A DNA stretch of 64,000 nucleotides, from NCBI RefSeq assembly GCF_018350175.1, contig NC_058370.1, positions 83,266,001-83,330,000 on the forward strand. Direction: 5' to 3'. The translations under genes and the position numbers were made by a program. The notes under the pieces were generated by a model that was not told the origin of the DNA, searched no databases, and saw only the letters and a program-made list of their open reading frames with translations. The DNA is from Felis catus (taxonomy: Eukaryota). Within the stretch, counting starts at the first letter, position 1; each line of letters starts with the position of its first letter. Shown here piece by piece: positions 12,630 to 26,065 of the stretch.

Positions 12630-13236
12630 AGCTTTTATACTTTTCAGAGCACTTCTATGTAAATTATTATTTGGAATAGTTTTAGGGTTTTTGTTAGGTA
12701 GATTGGAGGGTATTTTCATGTGCATTTCGTAGATGGAGAAACTGAGGATCAAATGCCATAAAAAGGAGAACAGTAGAACTCAGTCTCACTGATGATCTGA
12801 CTTGTAGGCATGAGCCTTGTCCAACATATGTACTCTTTGAATTTTCTGTTAGATTCCCCATAAGAAATCCAACTTTGGATTTTAATTGATTGAGCTGATA
12901 TGGTAGGGAGGTCTACTCTTAGCCTTTTACATTTGCTTTTTAAGAATCCTGAAGATGAGGTTGATAATGGCAAATCAGCTATGAGATGTGCCCGTTCAGA
13001 AGTCTCTCTTGTAGTTCCTGAAATTTCAACAGAATTCATTAAGAACCAGCGTGAACCCCTGGTGACCTAAGGTCTTCTAATATGCCAGTCATTCACCTAA
13101 GGAAACAGGACTAAATTACTTGTACCTGAAAGAAAGCCTTTTGCAAAACAAAGAGCGTATACACACTCTCACCTGAGCCTGGCAGTTACACTCAACAGTG
13201 GCAGTTATTATAAATGGCTATATTCCTACAGCAACC

Positions 13237-13387
13237 NNNNNNNNNNNNNNNNNNNNNNNNNNNNNNNNNNNNNNNNNNNNNNNNNNNNNNNNNNNNNNNN
13301 NNNNNNNNNNNNNNNNNNNNNNNNNNNNNNNNNNNNNNNNNNNNNNNNNNNNNNNNNNNNNNNNNNNNNNNNNNNNNNNNNNNNNNN
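13237..13387. other. N-run (151 nt) in unique sequence
   Basis: Direct observation. Confidence 0.99.
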
Positions 13388-13897
13388 CTATTTTCTAACA
13401 ATCCTCAAGAGAAGGGAGATAAAGACCAAGAGAATTCACTGAGCAAATGTTTTCTTTCTGGCAACAAATGCAGGCTCTGTGCTTGCGGAATCACTAGGCA
13501 ATATGAACTGAGAAGGGTTATAAATCTGGATTTAACAAAGGTTTCACCTCAGCAGTAATAGAGTTAAAAGGTGAAAGGTTGCATCTTGTTCAACCTTCTC
13601 TGGAATCATTTTCTGTAATACTGGAGAGTAATTTTGTGGCATTTCTGGAAGTTCAAGTGAGTGAAAAGAAATCTCATTTGGGACTTGAAACACTGTTACC
13701 AAAGTGGGTACTCAGAAGACTACCTGAGTATCTAGTCAAGTTCAAAGAAATGGCAGAAAACCATTTTAATTGCAACATGTGACTCCAGACATGTGGGTCC
13801 TCATGTTCCCAGTGGTGTGACTCAATATGGAGGGATATTTAATTGGCCTTTTCTGAAAGGGGGGCCCCTTTCCTGGCCTTATTCAAAACTCAGTGAA

Positions 13898-13946
13898 GTT
13901 TACAACTGTGTTGTGTTTACAACTGTGTTGTGTTTACAACACAGTC
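13898..13946. repeat. 17-bp tandem repeat with an inverted component
   Basis: gtttacaactgtgttgt x2 followed by gtttacaacacagt. Confidence 0.9.
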
Positions 13947-14059
13947 TTTATTAGTTCAGACTCTGGTTCCCAGTCAGAAAAAGAAGCATCAGGTAGGTAA
14001 TTCAAGAGACTTCTCCTTATTTTAGCTTCATAATCATCATTGCTTTCTTAGGCCAGTTG

Positions 14060-14575
14060 TAATATATAGTATCATAATTCATCAAAGTCAAGATATCATC
14101 TATTGTAAAAAGCACTATTATTTATATATCACTTGCATAAAGAAAAAGTATCCAAGATAGGAAGTCTAATGGGAAACCTTTACATAAAGGCAGGATACCA
14201 AAGAGCTACTCACTTGGTCAAAGGGTAAAAAGAAACTCTCCAGAAGGGCCAGCAGGGAAACCTGCATGTCTCTGCCTTGGGCCTCTGAAGAAGGAAGAAA
14301 ACCCAAATCTGTCTGAGAATTTGAGCCAGAAGCTGGGACGTAGGTCTGCAGTCTGAATTCACACTAGTGGTGTGGCCCAGTAACTCAAGCAAAGAAAGTA
14401 ATTTCAGGTAGGTTCAGATGACTAACTAGCAGAAAAAAATGCAAATTCTCTCTGGAAGAATTCAACTTTAATTCAAGCCCAGAGATTACATGATCACACT
14501 GATTATATCACACATTCTGATTTGAGGGATGTTAAAATGTGAGAATAATGTGTATGTAAGAATTGATGAACAGTA
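14060..14575. mobile_element. Tc2/MER104-like MITE interrupted by ~350 bp of other (probably L1-derived) sequence
   Basis: Degenerate terminal inverted repeats ataattcatcaaagtcaagat.. and ..taagaattgatgaacagta; internal ctgatttgagggatgttaaaatgtg. Confidence 0.5.
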
Positions 14576-14799
14576 ATAATAATGATTTTAATAACTAATA
14601 TTAACATAATTTTATATAATTATTTTTTGCCTTTTCTGTGGACAGGAGGACGTTTCTCAACCTTTTGTAAAGTTCTATTAGAAGCATCATAAAAGTCCAT
14701 TCTAATTCTGTATTAAAAGATTAATATGCAACCTTAGTTCCCAGAAAATTCCATAGTCTCTTTCCTAATCAAATTGCCCTCCAAAGACTCTCCTATAAA

Positions 14800-15200
14800 A
14801 AATGAGGTGACCCTAATTAAACCCAATTCCAACTGACTTACAACAAAGGAAACACATAGTTCATGTACCCAAAAAAGGCAGGAGTTGGATCCAGTGACTC
14901 AGATGTTCTAATCAGGACCTAGAAATGCTCATCCCTTGGTTCCATCTTTTCTTTCCTGGATTCAGACTCAGGTTCCACATGGGCCTCCCCATACCTCCAG
15001 ACTTACATCATCCTCCCTGTTGGCAGTCTCAGCAGAAATCAGGCTTCTCCTTTCCATCTTCAAAAATCTCAGAATTGATTCTCATTGGTTGGTTTGATTG
15101 TGTGTCCATTCCTGGGGTAGTAAGAAGGTTTTGGCTGTCTCAGGCCTTAGGGACTGAGGGTGGCAAGTGGTGATTGTCCACAGGGGGTGCAATTAACAGG
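14800..15200. mobile_element. Ancient MaLR LTR fragment (MLT1K/L-like)
   Basis: Motifs ggatccagtgactcagatg and gaattgattctcattgg..tgtgtccattcctg. Confidence 0.5.
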
Positions 15201-15729
15201 ACAGGGGGCTTGGATGTTAAGATGGAAGTAATCAGTTATGTGCTATCAACAGCAGAGGTCCACTCCATGTCTTCTCTGTGCTGAAGGAAGCGCAGTCTAT
15301 TTGTGGGCATAAGTGTAATTACATAAAATGGCAATTCAAGGGGTAAAGTAAAATTCAAGATAGCCAGGTGAGAGATGTGACAAGTGCCATGAAAGGTACA
15401 AACTGTAAGAGCTCATCGGAGGGAGACGTGATTGGACTAGAATAACTGGGAACACTTCATGGAAGAATTTGGGAATATGGTGAAAGAGCAAGAGCAATGT
15501 CTTGAGGAGAGTTAAGCACAGTAGTGATATTACCCTAATTCTGGAAAATTGGTCAGCTTTATGTGTGCCTAGGGTTCTAGGGTTATGTGTGCCTAGACTT
15601 AGAGGTGCCCAACCATTCTTTTTATTCCTAGCCGGAGGGCATATTCTCTAATTAACATGAGAACTTCCTCAGGATGTAGAAGACTGCTGAGATGAAAAGA
15701 TTCCTTGGTCCATTTCTTGTCCCATCTCA

Positions 15730-15900
15730 GCCCAACCATGTGACTTGAGGGAAGCATTTAACTTCTCTTGATCTCTGGCTCATCTGAAAATGGCAATGAT
15801 TTACCTGCCACATCTATCTCACAGGATTATGAGGACGCAAAGTAGCGTTTGTGAAGATGTTTTGAAACATGAAAGTCTGATACAAATGCAAAGCATTATC
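15730..15900 (+). mobile_element. MIR
   Basis: tgtgacttgagggaagcatttaacttctct..ctcatctgaaaatgg..ctcacaggattatgagga. Confidence 0.75.
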
Positions 15901-18109
15901 TGTGGCATTAAAACTTGTGCCCTGCTTGTTTCATCTTTTATTTATATTGGTGTTCTAGAAATTGTGAAAGTAATGAATTTATATGGGCTATTAGAAATGT
16001 GAAAATGGGGGGTAGAACCTTTGATCCATAAATTAACCAGCTTTCCCTGGAGTCAGTTTACCTAAGGCAGGCAGTACATTTCTAGGCTGTAGTAAAGTCC
16101 TTCCTTCCCTCCTCACCCTTTCTCCCTCCCTTCCTCTCTGATTATTTAGCATATAAGGAAAATGGAATTAAAGGCAAATTAACTTAACATCATGTATATT
16201 ATTGCTAAATAATTTGTTTTCAAAGGCCGAGAACACAATCAAAAGCGTAAAACATCATTTTATTGTTGTTACGACTATGAAGAGTCTTATAGGACCTTAA
16301 GAGCACCATGATGAGCAGTTATTGTTGCATTACAGATGTATATATATATCTGCTGGTTAACAGAGACATGTGATTAGTGTGAGTGCACAAAAACTCACTT
16401 TCATCATAAAACAAATCAGAAAGTGGTTCAGAAAAATCGTTTTCTTGAATCTGAAAATCTCTGTTTGGGCTTCGCATGAGATTGGGCACAAGATTTTAGG
16501 GGTTTGGCTTCTCCACCTTCTTCCTTAGATATGGTCTTAGTAGAAATGATAAAGTTAAAAAAATTTTTTAAGTATCTATTTAAGCTGCATATTGCCCACG
16601 CATAGAATATTGATGACATAACAACAAGATATCTTTTACATTTACCACAGCCTGTCACAATTGAGGAAATTCATGGGAGGACAAGTCTCCATAGAAATTG
16701 TCAAAATATGGCAACTTCCTAATGAAATCTCTCCTGTTAGGGAAAAGGAGCATTTAACTGGTCCCATATGTTTTCCAGGGGGCACCTCTTTCCCTGTCAC
16801 TTCCCCAGCCAGTTCTCATCTTTTATGATGAAAAGGAAAGAAATATGATTTTAGGGAGGGCCTAAATATTAAGCATTCCTTCCCGTGATCCATTCTAATG
16901 CAGTTGTATGTAGATATTAGGGGATTTTTTTTTTTTTTGGTTATTTCTGTCACTTGGAATTTCTCCATTAATGGAGTCTCTGAAGACATTTTAGGAATGA
17001 ATAATATCTTTTATCTAGTTGGAATATGCATGGGATTCCCATCAAATCTGTCCTCATGTGACTCTAAGCAGACAGCCAGTAAGATTTCCCCTTTCAAGTC
17101 TCTGTCAGGAATAAATACTCAGTTCTTCAGTTGTGCCTAGATGAAAACCTGATAGTGGATGCTTTGCTCTGAAAGCAGACTGTGGCCCAGCTGTTCTGTG
17201 GTTTATGAATTTTTTAGCAAGGCTGGGGCTGGCAGCCGAGCCAGCATTGGCTGAGTTTGGGCATACGCTGGGGGTTTGATTATTTCAAGCAGGGGTTAGA
17301 AAAACCTGGCAGTGTTTTCTAGGTTTCTCCTCTGAGGTTTGGAGATTTGTTCAACTTTTGTTCAAAGCCAAGCTCAGAAAATGGAAAACGGGAGAAGACA
17401 ACTGAATCTAGAAACTTGAGAGCTGGACGAGTCCCGCACGATGTTTCTGTACACACTGTGGAAACGGGGCCTTGCTGGGGTCCAGCTCCACACCCTCTAG
17501 GAGGTGGCAGCTGAGAGGGATGCTGTAGGTGCGGCCACTCTGAACATCTTTTTCTCGGTAGAGAAACCGGTGTTTGGGTTTCTGCATCTAGTCAAGGCTG
17601 ACGGTCTCTGTCAGATCCCAGGTGAGGCATGTTAGGGGAAGGAGTAGGGAGAATCAGTTTGAGCCAAGCAGGAGAGAGCCAGGTCTCAGCAGGTGAGAGA
17701 AAGTAGCACTTCAGAACCTTAAAGGTACCCAGAGAGTCATTAATTCAACTTTTTCCTTTTTGTATTTCATCTGCATGACCCAGCTGAGGGCTGGAGGCCA
17801 TATTTTTATATCTTGTCTCAGTTTATTCAGTCTAGTGAGTTTTAACATTGGGACAAAGGAAAATACCAGATGTCACTACTGTTCACTGGCCACTGGGAAG
17901 CTAGGCTAGGAACCAGGAATTAAGATCAATTCTTTCAATTTAGGTGCTCTGAAACTGGGATCTATATAGACCAAAGTGAAACAAATAATTTTTGCCTCCA
18001 TATTGAGAATTAGGGAAATAGTTGATCTATTTGATCATGTAGATGCTCAAAATAGACCATTCCCATTAAATGACTCCTCAGGCCACACTGAGTCTGTTTG
18101 ACTCTGTGC

Positions 18110-18256
18110 AGCAGTGGTTCTCAACCCTTACCTAAGAGAGATTGTTGACAAATACTGAAGTCTGGAGCCCACCCCAGATGTGTTAGTGGCAATAGGGTCT
18201 GGACATTGGCTGTAAAGCTCCCAGGTGAGCCTAACAAGCAGGGTTAGTAGCTATTG
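18110..18256. mobile_element. MER5-family hAT MITE
   Basis: cagtggttctcaac terminus; cccaccccaga..aagctcccaggtga. Confidence 0.65.
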
Positions 18257-18651
18257 ATTTATACTGTTGAAATCAGCCAGGTATTGTAGTAGCCAAATCT
18301 TCATTTTGTGTAGGGAGGCCAGGGTGCACCTGTAAGGATGGAGTTGCTCTTTTATTTGGATGGTCAGGAAAGGCCTTGATGATGGGGTAACTCTTGAGTG
18401 TGGACATGAAGTAAAAGCTGAGCCATGTGCGGGCTGGAGAGGAGAGCATTCTAGGCAGTTTTATACCTGTTCATAACAGAAGGCTAGTTTCTGAAAGTGT
18501 GTGGGTATGTGGGGAGGGAGAGATGGGGGAGGTGTAATGACATTTATGTTGCTGATGGTTCAGATAGGACTAGACAGTTCCCTTTAATGAATCATCAATG
18601 TGGAAAGAGCCAATTGGTTAGAAACAACCCATTGGTTAAAAATAATCTGAT

Positions 18652-18716
18652 TTAGGATATTTGTTAACTGAAATTTGTTAATTTGTTAGGATATTTGTTA
18701 ACTTAAATTTGTTAAT
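18652..18716. repeat. Tandem duplication, 31-bp unit
   Basis: ttaggatatttgttaact(g/t)aaatttgttaat at 18652-18682 and 18686-18716. Confidence 0.9.
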
Positions 18717-19007
18717 ATGAAATTAGAACTAAAGTTTAGTTTAAACATGGCGAGATTTCACAGAATTCAGCACGATAGATGGATTTAAAAAGACAAGAAA
18801 CTGAGAAGAAAAAAACAAGCTTGCTGGTGTAGAAAGGGCAGTGTGGTCCCTTATTTGCTTGGCTTTGATGTGTGTATGATAGAAGCCTGGGGAAGGAGCC
18901 CATAGGCAGGTCATGGTTATGCATTTGAAGGTGACCAGTGGCACTGATGTATACCTCAAGTGTGACTGCTTCATTGCCCTATGCCTAATTAGGTAAGCAA
19001 GGAGCTT

Positions 19008-19147
19008 NNNNNNNNNNNNNNNNNNNNNNNNNNNNNNNNNNNNNNNNNNNNNNNNNNNNNNNNNNNNNNNNNNNNNNNNNNNNNNNNNNNNNNNNNNNNN
19101 NNNNNNNNNNNNNNNNNNNNNNNNNNNNNNNNNNNNNNNNNNNNNNN
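19008..19147. other. N-run (140 nt) in unique sequence
   Basis: Direct observation. Confidence 0.99.
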
Positions 19148-21039
19148 CGGTGTCAGGTTGGGATAACCAGATGCCTAAGAGCCTGCATGCCTGGGCTGGG
19201 TCTCTGAGCGCTTGAGAGTGTCTTTTTCTCTCCCTCTCCCCACATCCTGACGTGTCTCATTTTGGAGCCTTTGAAGCTTCTGTAGATGTTGTGGGGGATT
19301 CTATGGGGATGCATATAAACAAATAAACCAGTGTTGCTCAAATTTTAATACTTTTCTAAGTATTGCCTGGGACGCCAACGATTTTCTGAAAGGGTAGACA
19401 GAAAGCCTCAGAGACCTGGCTTTGTTTTTCTCTCCTCTGGGGCTTCGATCAGTTTTAAGTTGTTTGGTGGAACAATAGGAGTCCATCTTTTAAGGTCTCT
19501 TCTCTCCCATCTGCTTGCAAAAGGCACTGTTACCCATATGAAATGCATGTGTTGAAACATACAGTAAACTGCTCTGTGTGTGCACACGCATGCGTGCGTA
19601 TGAGCTTGTGTGCAGTCCTTTTCTGGAGGTCATGTCAATTGGTAACTTCTAGATTTCAACTGATCAACAAATTTGTTATTAAGGTTCTTTTGATTTGTAA
19701 GCCTCGTTTCCCTAACACAGACAGTGACCTAAGTGTTGCCTGGCTTTGTGGGTAAAATGCAGCTTTCATTGTGTGTAAGCATTTGTCATGAAAAGAGTCT
19801 CTCTATACCTAATGAGTCTGATGTATTTCAGCAAGCAAGGAAAGGGCTGGGCCATGGATCAAAGTAAATGTGTGATGTGCAAAGAGGGCTGGTTCAGAGG
19901 CACCCAGCACAGTTAGTTTTCCAGATACACGCAGAAGCAGAGGGAATGTCTGCTGCTCAGTTGTAGAAGCATCATGGGCAGACCACTGACGTTAAGAGGA
20001 TAAAAAATATTCACACATTTCCCCTTACCTTCTTTGACAAGTTGCTCCTTCTTCAAGACCCAACTTTCTAAACAGCTCCTCCACAGGTAAGTTAACCAGT
20101 TTCTTTTGCTTTCCCCCTAAGCACAATCCATAGTGCTAAGGTAGTTCTTTTCTCTTTTCATTGTAGTTGGTTGTGTATTCCACTGTTTCCTTCAGTGGGT
20201 TATCATCTCCTTAGATACCATGTCTTATTTGCATCTGGAATTCTGGCATTGAATCTGGGACTGTTTTTTTGATGCATTTGCTTAATGGAGGGCTGGATTA
20301 TATTTTCCAGAAATAAAAGCAATTGAAGAAGGGAAGACCTTCCTTCAGGAAGGAAAAAGGCAACTATTCAAAATTGCTATCTAGCCAGGAGTGGAACAGA
20401 GAGGTACACCCAAGTCTTTTTGCTTTTTTCATTCCACCTCGTTGTCAAGAAATACCCAGAACCATAGTATACTGAGAACTTTTTTGGGAGTGCTATCTTC
20501 CAAATCATTTGGCCCATACAATATTTTATAATAAGTCACTTTATTTGTGAAAGGCTGAGACTTTACTTACACTAATGATGAAAGCTGAGTTCATTTTTTT
20601 TTCCTGTGTATTTTTGTCTGCCAAATGGCATGGGTCTTATACATTCTCCCACTGTATTTTTTAAAAGCTGTTTTTCATAGAGGCACTCATCAAAGACCCC
20701 ATCTACTTGGTGTTTCTAGGACAATGCCTATGCCTTATTCAGTTGCTCCTTTTCTATTTCCTGGGTCCTACCCCCTGAGGGTTCTGCCCTCTGCTGGTGA
20801 ACTCTTCATTTCCTTTTACCACAGATATATGTTTATATATGGTCTGTTCTTAGGACTTGCTGCTCACTGAGTGTTGTGAGCATGGATGGGGCACCTTGGG
20901 CTCCATAGTGCATCTGGAATCTTCTGAGTATAATTTTTAGGTATAATAATTGCCATCAAAAAGACTCTGGGCTATCAGTGGTTGGAGTCCAGTCATTTTG
21001 ATAGAGGGAATTGAAGGTTGGAGTGGGTCTGTGTATTTA

Positions 21040-21190
21040 ATAGAATTGTAGAGCCAGAAGGTGACTTAGAAATTGTCTGTCCAATCTCTCCTTTCACAGA
21101 TATAGAAACAGGCCCAGAGGTTAAAAGTCATACGGCATGGCCATGCCTAGAATCAGGCTTTCTGGTGGCTAGTTCATTGCTTTCTCTACT
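21040..21190 (-). mobile_element. MIR
   Basis: tttcacagatatagaaacaggcccagagg..aaagtcatacggc..cctagaatcagg. Confidence 0.7.
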
Positions 21191-24100
21191 ACACATATCG
21201 AAGGCAAGTTCTCATTCCTTATTTCTGTTCTATGTCTTAGTTCATGATGGGACTCCCTAACCTCTCACTTCTGTGGGAAGGAAATTCACCCCCAATTAAA
21301 AAAAAGACAACATATAAATGTAAATATTCATTTTATAAATATGCATATCAATTAGATATACATTTATTTTAAATACATGTGTTAATTATACATGTTACAT
21401 CAGATCGCAATTAAGTCAACAGAAAGTGATGATTTGCATATAATCAAGCTTGTGTATTAATCAGTTGTCAATCTTGAATGCCATTTTTTCTTCAGATGGC
21501 ACCTTCCATGCAGCCACATCAGAGTCAGAGATATGAAGCAGGTGATGAACCTGCATATTTGAAAGTGTACTTCCATACTGACTTACTTTCCTTCATCAGC
21601 TCCCTTGGGGATCCCATTTGTAGTGCATTAGGGAGCTCTGGGTAATCTGCTTTTCTCTCAGTCTTCTAGGCTTCACTTCTAGGAGGGAGACCTGGTGAAG
21701 AAGGAGAGATGTTTCTCTTTGGAGGGAAATGTCTCTGAAGTTTCTCACTCTGTTCTAAAGAAGTTTCTAGACAGTAGGCATTGTTTAGTAGGTTATCAAT
21801 GGCCTATGGAAAGGTATCATGTCAGTTGTTGTGAAGAATAAAGAAGAGAACTGGTAGTTAATGTTTCAACTTGGAAGAATCTGAATAAAATTGTCTAACC
21901 CAAATCCTTCACTTGACAGATGAGCACATTAAGGTCCTGAGATGTGAAATGTCTCCCACAGCAATCTTACCTGACCATCAAGACCTTTTGAATTTCTTTT
22001 CTCCTCATGAAGTCCTCTTCCACATCCATTCTTCCCTTCCTTACTTGCCTGCAGCACATATTAAGGTATCACCTATATGGAAGTATGTGTCTGAGGGTGG
22101 CTCATTCCCCTCACTGGATTGTTTTCTAACAATCTGGAATAACCAGAGTACCTGGTCTATAATAGGTGCTCAAAATGTGTGGAAATATATGGTAGTCGAT
22201 TGGAAGGATGTGAATTCATTTTGAAAATAATGGAAACATCTTTTCTTTCTGGATTTCATGGTTTAAAGTACCTTAGTGCATTTGTTTCTCAGAAAACCAG
22301 AGAATTGTTTCTTGGGAGGGCAGAGGGGACAAAGAGTAGACCTGTAGCTTTTATTACTAGGCTATACTCTTTCCTCATGCTGGGCCTGGTTCCAAAGGTA
22401 ATTAATCAACAAGGACATTTTCTTTGTCCCCTTGTCCTTTAGTGTGTGGTATGAAAAATGTTATTTCAGCTAGAGGAATTGTGTTCACTTAGCATTCTCT
22501 CTGCATTTGGTCCCTGATACTGTTGTAAGATAGCAGGAAGAGGTCTTTCGTTTGATTTCTTGATTAATTAAAGTCAGACATGTCCCACTTTTAAATTCTA
22601 GTGAAAATATCCCACTTCTGTCTGACGCTTTCTACTCTTAGATGAAATGTTTTTCATTAAGAAGCATTAATTTTTTTTTAAAAAAGTAAAGTTTACAAGG
22701 AAGAATCAACATCTTATAACACAACTCAAAAGATGATTTTAATCCTTTAAAGCAACACTGCATGTACCTAGAGATGACTTCTTTTTGCTGTATGGCAAGT
22801 CAACAGAAGAAATGTATTGGCCCTTTAAAATATTTATGGACCATTTACAATATGCAGGGTACTACACTAGACAATATGCTAGATCAGACATGGGTTCTGC
22901 CCTCAAGTGCGTATAGTCTAAGGAGAACACTGATGGCCTGTCTTTCTAGGAAAATTATTTGTATTCATTCATTTATTCAATACATCTTTAATTGAATACC
23001 AACTATGAGGGCTGTAATCGTGAAGGCTGTAATAGCCAGCTAGGTGTCCTGCCCTCATGTTGCCTACTTTGTAGAGGGCTATAACATGAAGTGGGACCTT
23101 AGGCCAAAATGGCAGAATACATTAATTCTTTGACCCATCCAACCATTCTATATACATACATAACTACTATATATAAACTATAAAAGACAAAGGCAGAAGC
23201 TAATTTCAAAAACAAGACAGTCTTGTGGATCAGAGATAGAACAGCTACCTAGGGTGGTGTGTAGGGTTGGATGAAGTCCATGCCTGCTGTGCTGTATGCT
23301 GAGCAAGTAGTGGTGGCTGGGAGTTTGCCTCCAACAAGACTGAAAGTGTTCAGTGGAAGGATCGGGTTTGGATCAGGCTTACTGCTTGAAGCTGTGGGCA
23401 AGGTATGGTTCCTTCTTTTCCAACATCCATTTGTGAGAGAAGGCATTAAAAAAATGCTGCCAGCAGCTTGTAAGACTGTACTTTGAAAGGATCTATAAAC
23501 CTAGGAAAGACAGGGCACTTAGAGTCTTAAGATCCTGACCTAAATCAAGTAGCTTTTGGCTGATGTTTGTGTCTGTGATGCCCCTAATTTATTGAGTGGC
23601 AGGGACCTCAAACTGCTTTTGTCAAGCCAAGTTCTGGACTGTGATCATAGGAGGCTAGATGTGGGTAAACACAGAGAGGGGTAAAATCAGAGGAGAGGAG
23701 TACATACAAAGCAATTACAAAAATCCTCTCAGTGATAAGTCACAGAACCTAAATTTCAAATCTTACCAAGAAACTAAAGACTAAAGAAGATAGCCAACAA
23801 AACAAAACAAAACAATCAGAGAATTAATAATTCAAATAAAGTTAACATGATATGATAGCCAGAATGCTTCTTTAAAAATTTTAGAGAGCTCACATTAACT
23901 AGGGAAGAAATAACAGCTGTAAAGAGAATAAGATATTCTATAAAAAGAATAGGCAGAAACAAAACCAAAAAGGTTAAATGTAAAAAAGAATTAATTTCAA
24001 CGTTAGATGTAAATCTTGCAAGGAAGAATATCAGCATCTGAGTAAGACACTCAGTAGATGAGATAAACTCCAGATAAGACAGATAATGGGAGAATTAGTG

Positions 24101-26065
24101 TATTGGAAGTTAATACAGAGGTGATCACTCAGGATGTAGCAAAGAGAACTATAAAGTTAAGAATATTAAAGCAGAGAAGAGAGGCAAAGGAGGAATGGAG
24201 AAATTTAACATACCTCTAATCAGATTTCCAGAAGAAGAGAATGGAAGGAGTGGTAGAGAAGCAATGTTGGAAGAAATAAAAGCTGTAAGTTTCAGTGCTG
24301 AATAAAAGACCATACTCAGAGCAAAATATACTCCAAGAATTGAACTGCATAAATAAATACAAACCCACATCTAGGTTTATAAACCCACAACCTGCTGAAT
24401 ATGCAGAACATCAAGAATTTAAAGAAAAGTTTAGAAACTATGAGGAACAGGAGAAATAGTAAATTTAAAGGAAGGATAATTAGACTAAAGGAACTTTTCT
24501 CATCAGGAAAATTAGATGCCAGAGTATACCTATTGTATTCAGAGTGCTCAGGGAAAATATCCGTCAGTCTATAATATTATATACAGCTGAAATATTCAAA
24601 GTGAAAACAAGACCAGGACATTTCACACATACTAACACTAAGAAAATTTGATACTCATAGAGTATTAACGGTTGTCTTTAGCAAGACAAAGAGTACACTA
24701 GAGGAAAGCCATAGGATTGGAGAAATACTGAAAAATACAGAAATTGATAAAGTATATTGGTAAATTTATTTAACTGTTGACTAGAGCTCCTCATTTTGTG
24801 TGTGTATGTTTAAAACTGGTCAAAGTAGAAAGCTGGACAACAGTGAAATGTGGGGGTTACTTCACTAGGTAGTTCAGCAAGCTAAAATATGTGTGTTTGG
24901 GAAAGATAAAGGTTTTAGAAAATTTTGGAGTTCTGCATGAGCTTGGAATAAAAATCAAATGGAAAAAAAAAAGCAGTATTCAGATGTAAGAAACCTGAAG
25001 TTGAAAATAGATGGGGAAAAGTATATATTAGGCAAATACCAAAAGAAATCTTGTATAGTAATATTAATAGTAGAATTTTAAGAAAACACTACTAGATGTA
25101 ATTATGAACCCTGCAGAAAATAAAAGGAATAGTCCACCAAGAAGTCATAATAATCATGAATTTCTGTTACTTAACAACATAATCTTAAAATATAAGAAGC
25201 AAAACTAACAGAAATAGAGAAATTTTGTAAATCTACAATTGTAGATGTCTGAATATTTTTTTCATATACTCGTCTATTGAATATGCAATATTAACATGAA
25301 TATAGAAAGTTTAAACAAACTTATGCCCAACAAATAGAGAATATGCATTATTTTCAATTACACATCAAACATTTACAAAAACCGACTACATTCTGGATTT
25401 CTAAGGAACTCAATAAATTTTAAGGAATTTATGCCAGTGGGTCATGTTCTCCTATCAGTGAAATTAAAATAGAAATTATATCAATATAGCAAAATAAAAA
25501 TAGCAACAATGAAATTTTCTCTTAATAAATGATATTTTAAAGGGCAATTATAATGGCAGTAATAACATATATGAGGGATAAGCAAAGTATTATATGTGAC
25601 ATTTGTGGGTCATGGCAGTATTTGTATTAGAGATGAATTTAGAGCTTTAAAAATAGTAGCCACCAAGATGTATTGAAAATATGTGAGGTAAGCAATCAAC
25701 TCTGAAAGCTCAATAAAGAATAACAGAGTAAACCTTTTAAAGAAAGTAGATTGAATGATATAATAAAGAACAGAAATTAATGAAACTGGAAATAAAAGAG
25801 ATCATCAAAATTGAATGATTTATCAGAGGGAGGAGTCAAGCTCAGTGGTACCTACAAAACTCTGTCAAGTCCCTGCTAAAAAAAAGATAAAAAGAGCTAG
25901 ATAATCAAAAGAATAGTTTCAATGGATATAATAGAGATTTAAGAAAATACTGTTAATAACTTATAGTAGTGGATTATAGACTTAGAAAAATGAATATTTT
26001 TTAGGAAAATGTAAAAGTTATATAAAGAAACCCCAAATAAAACAATAACTATCATAGATATCTCT

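Noticed and set aside
13898-13946. CRISPR-like repeat (gtttacaac..)
   Set aside because: No unique spacers, only 2.5 units, and a mammalian context.
17200-17700. Slightly CpG-enriched stretch as a promoter or CpG island
   Set aside because: CpG density by eye is far below island level, and there is no promoter architecture.
22572-22630. gtcagaca..tgtctgac stem as a miRNA or snoRNA
   Set aside because: Only an 8-bp stem with poorly paired interior and no box motifs.
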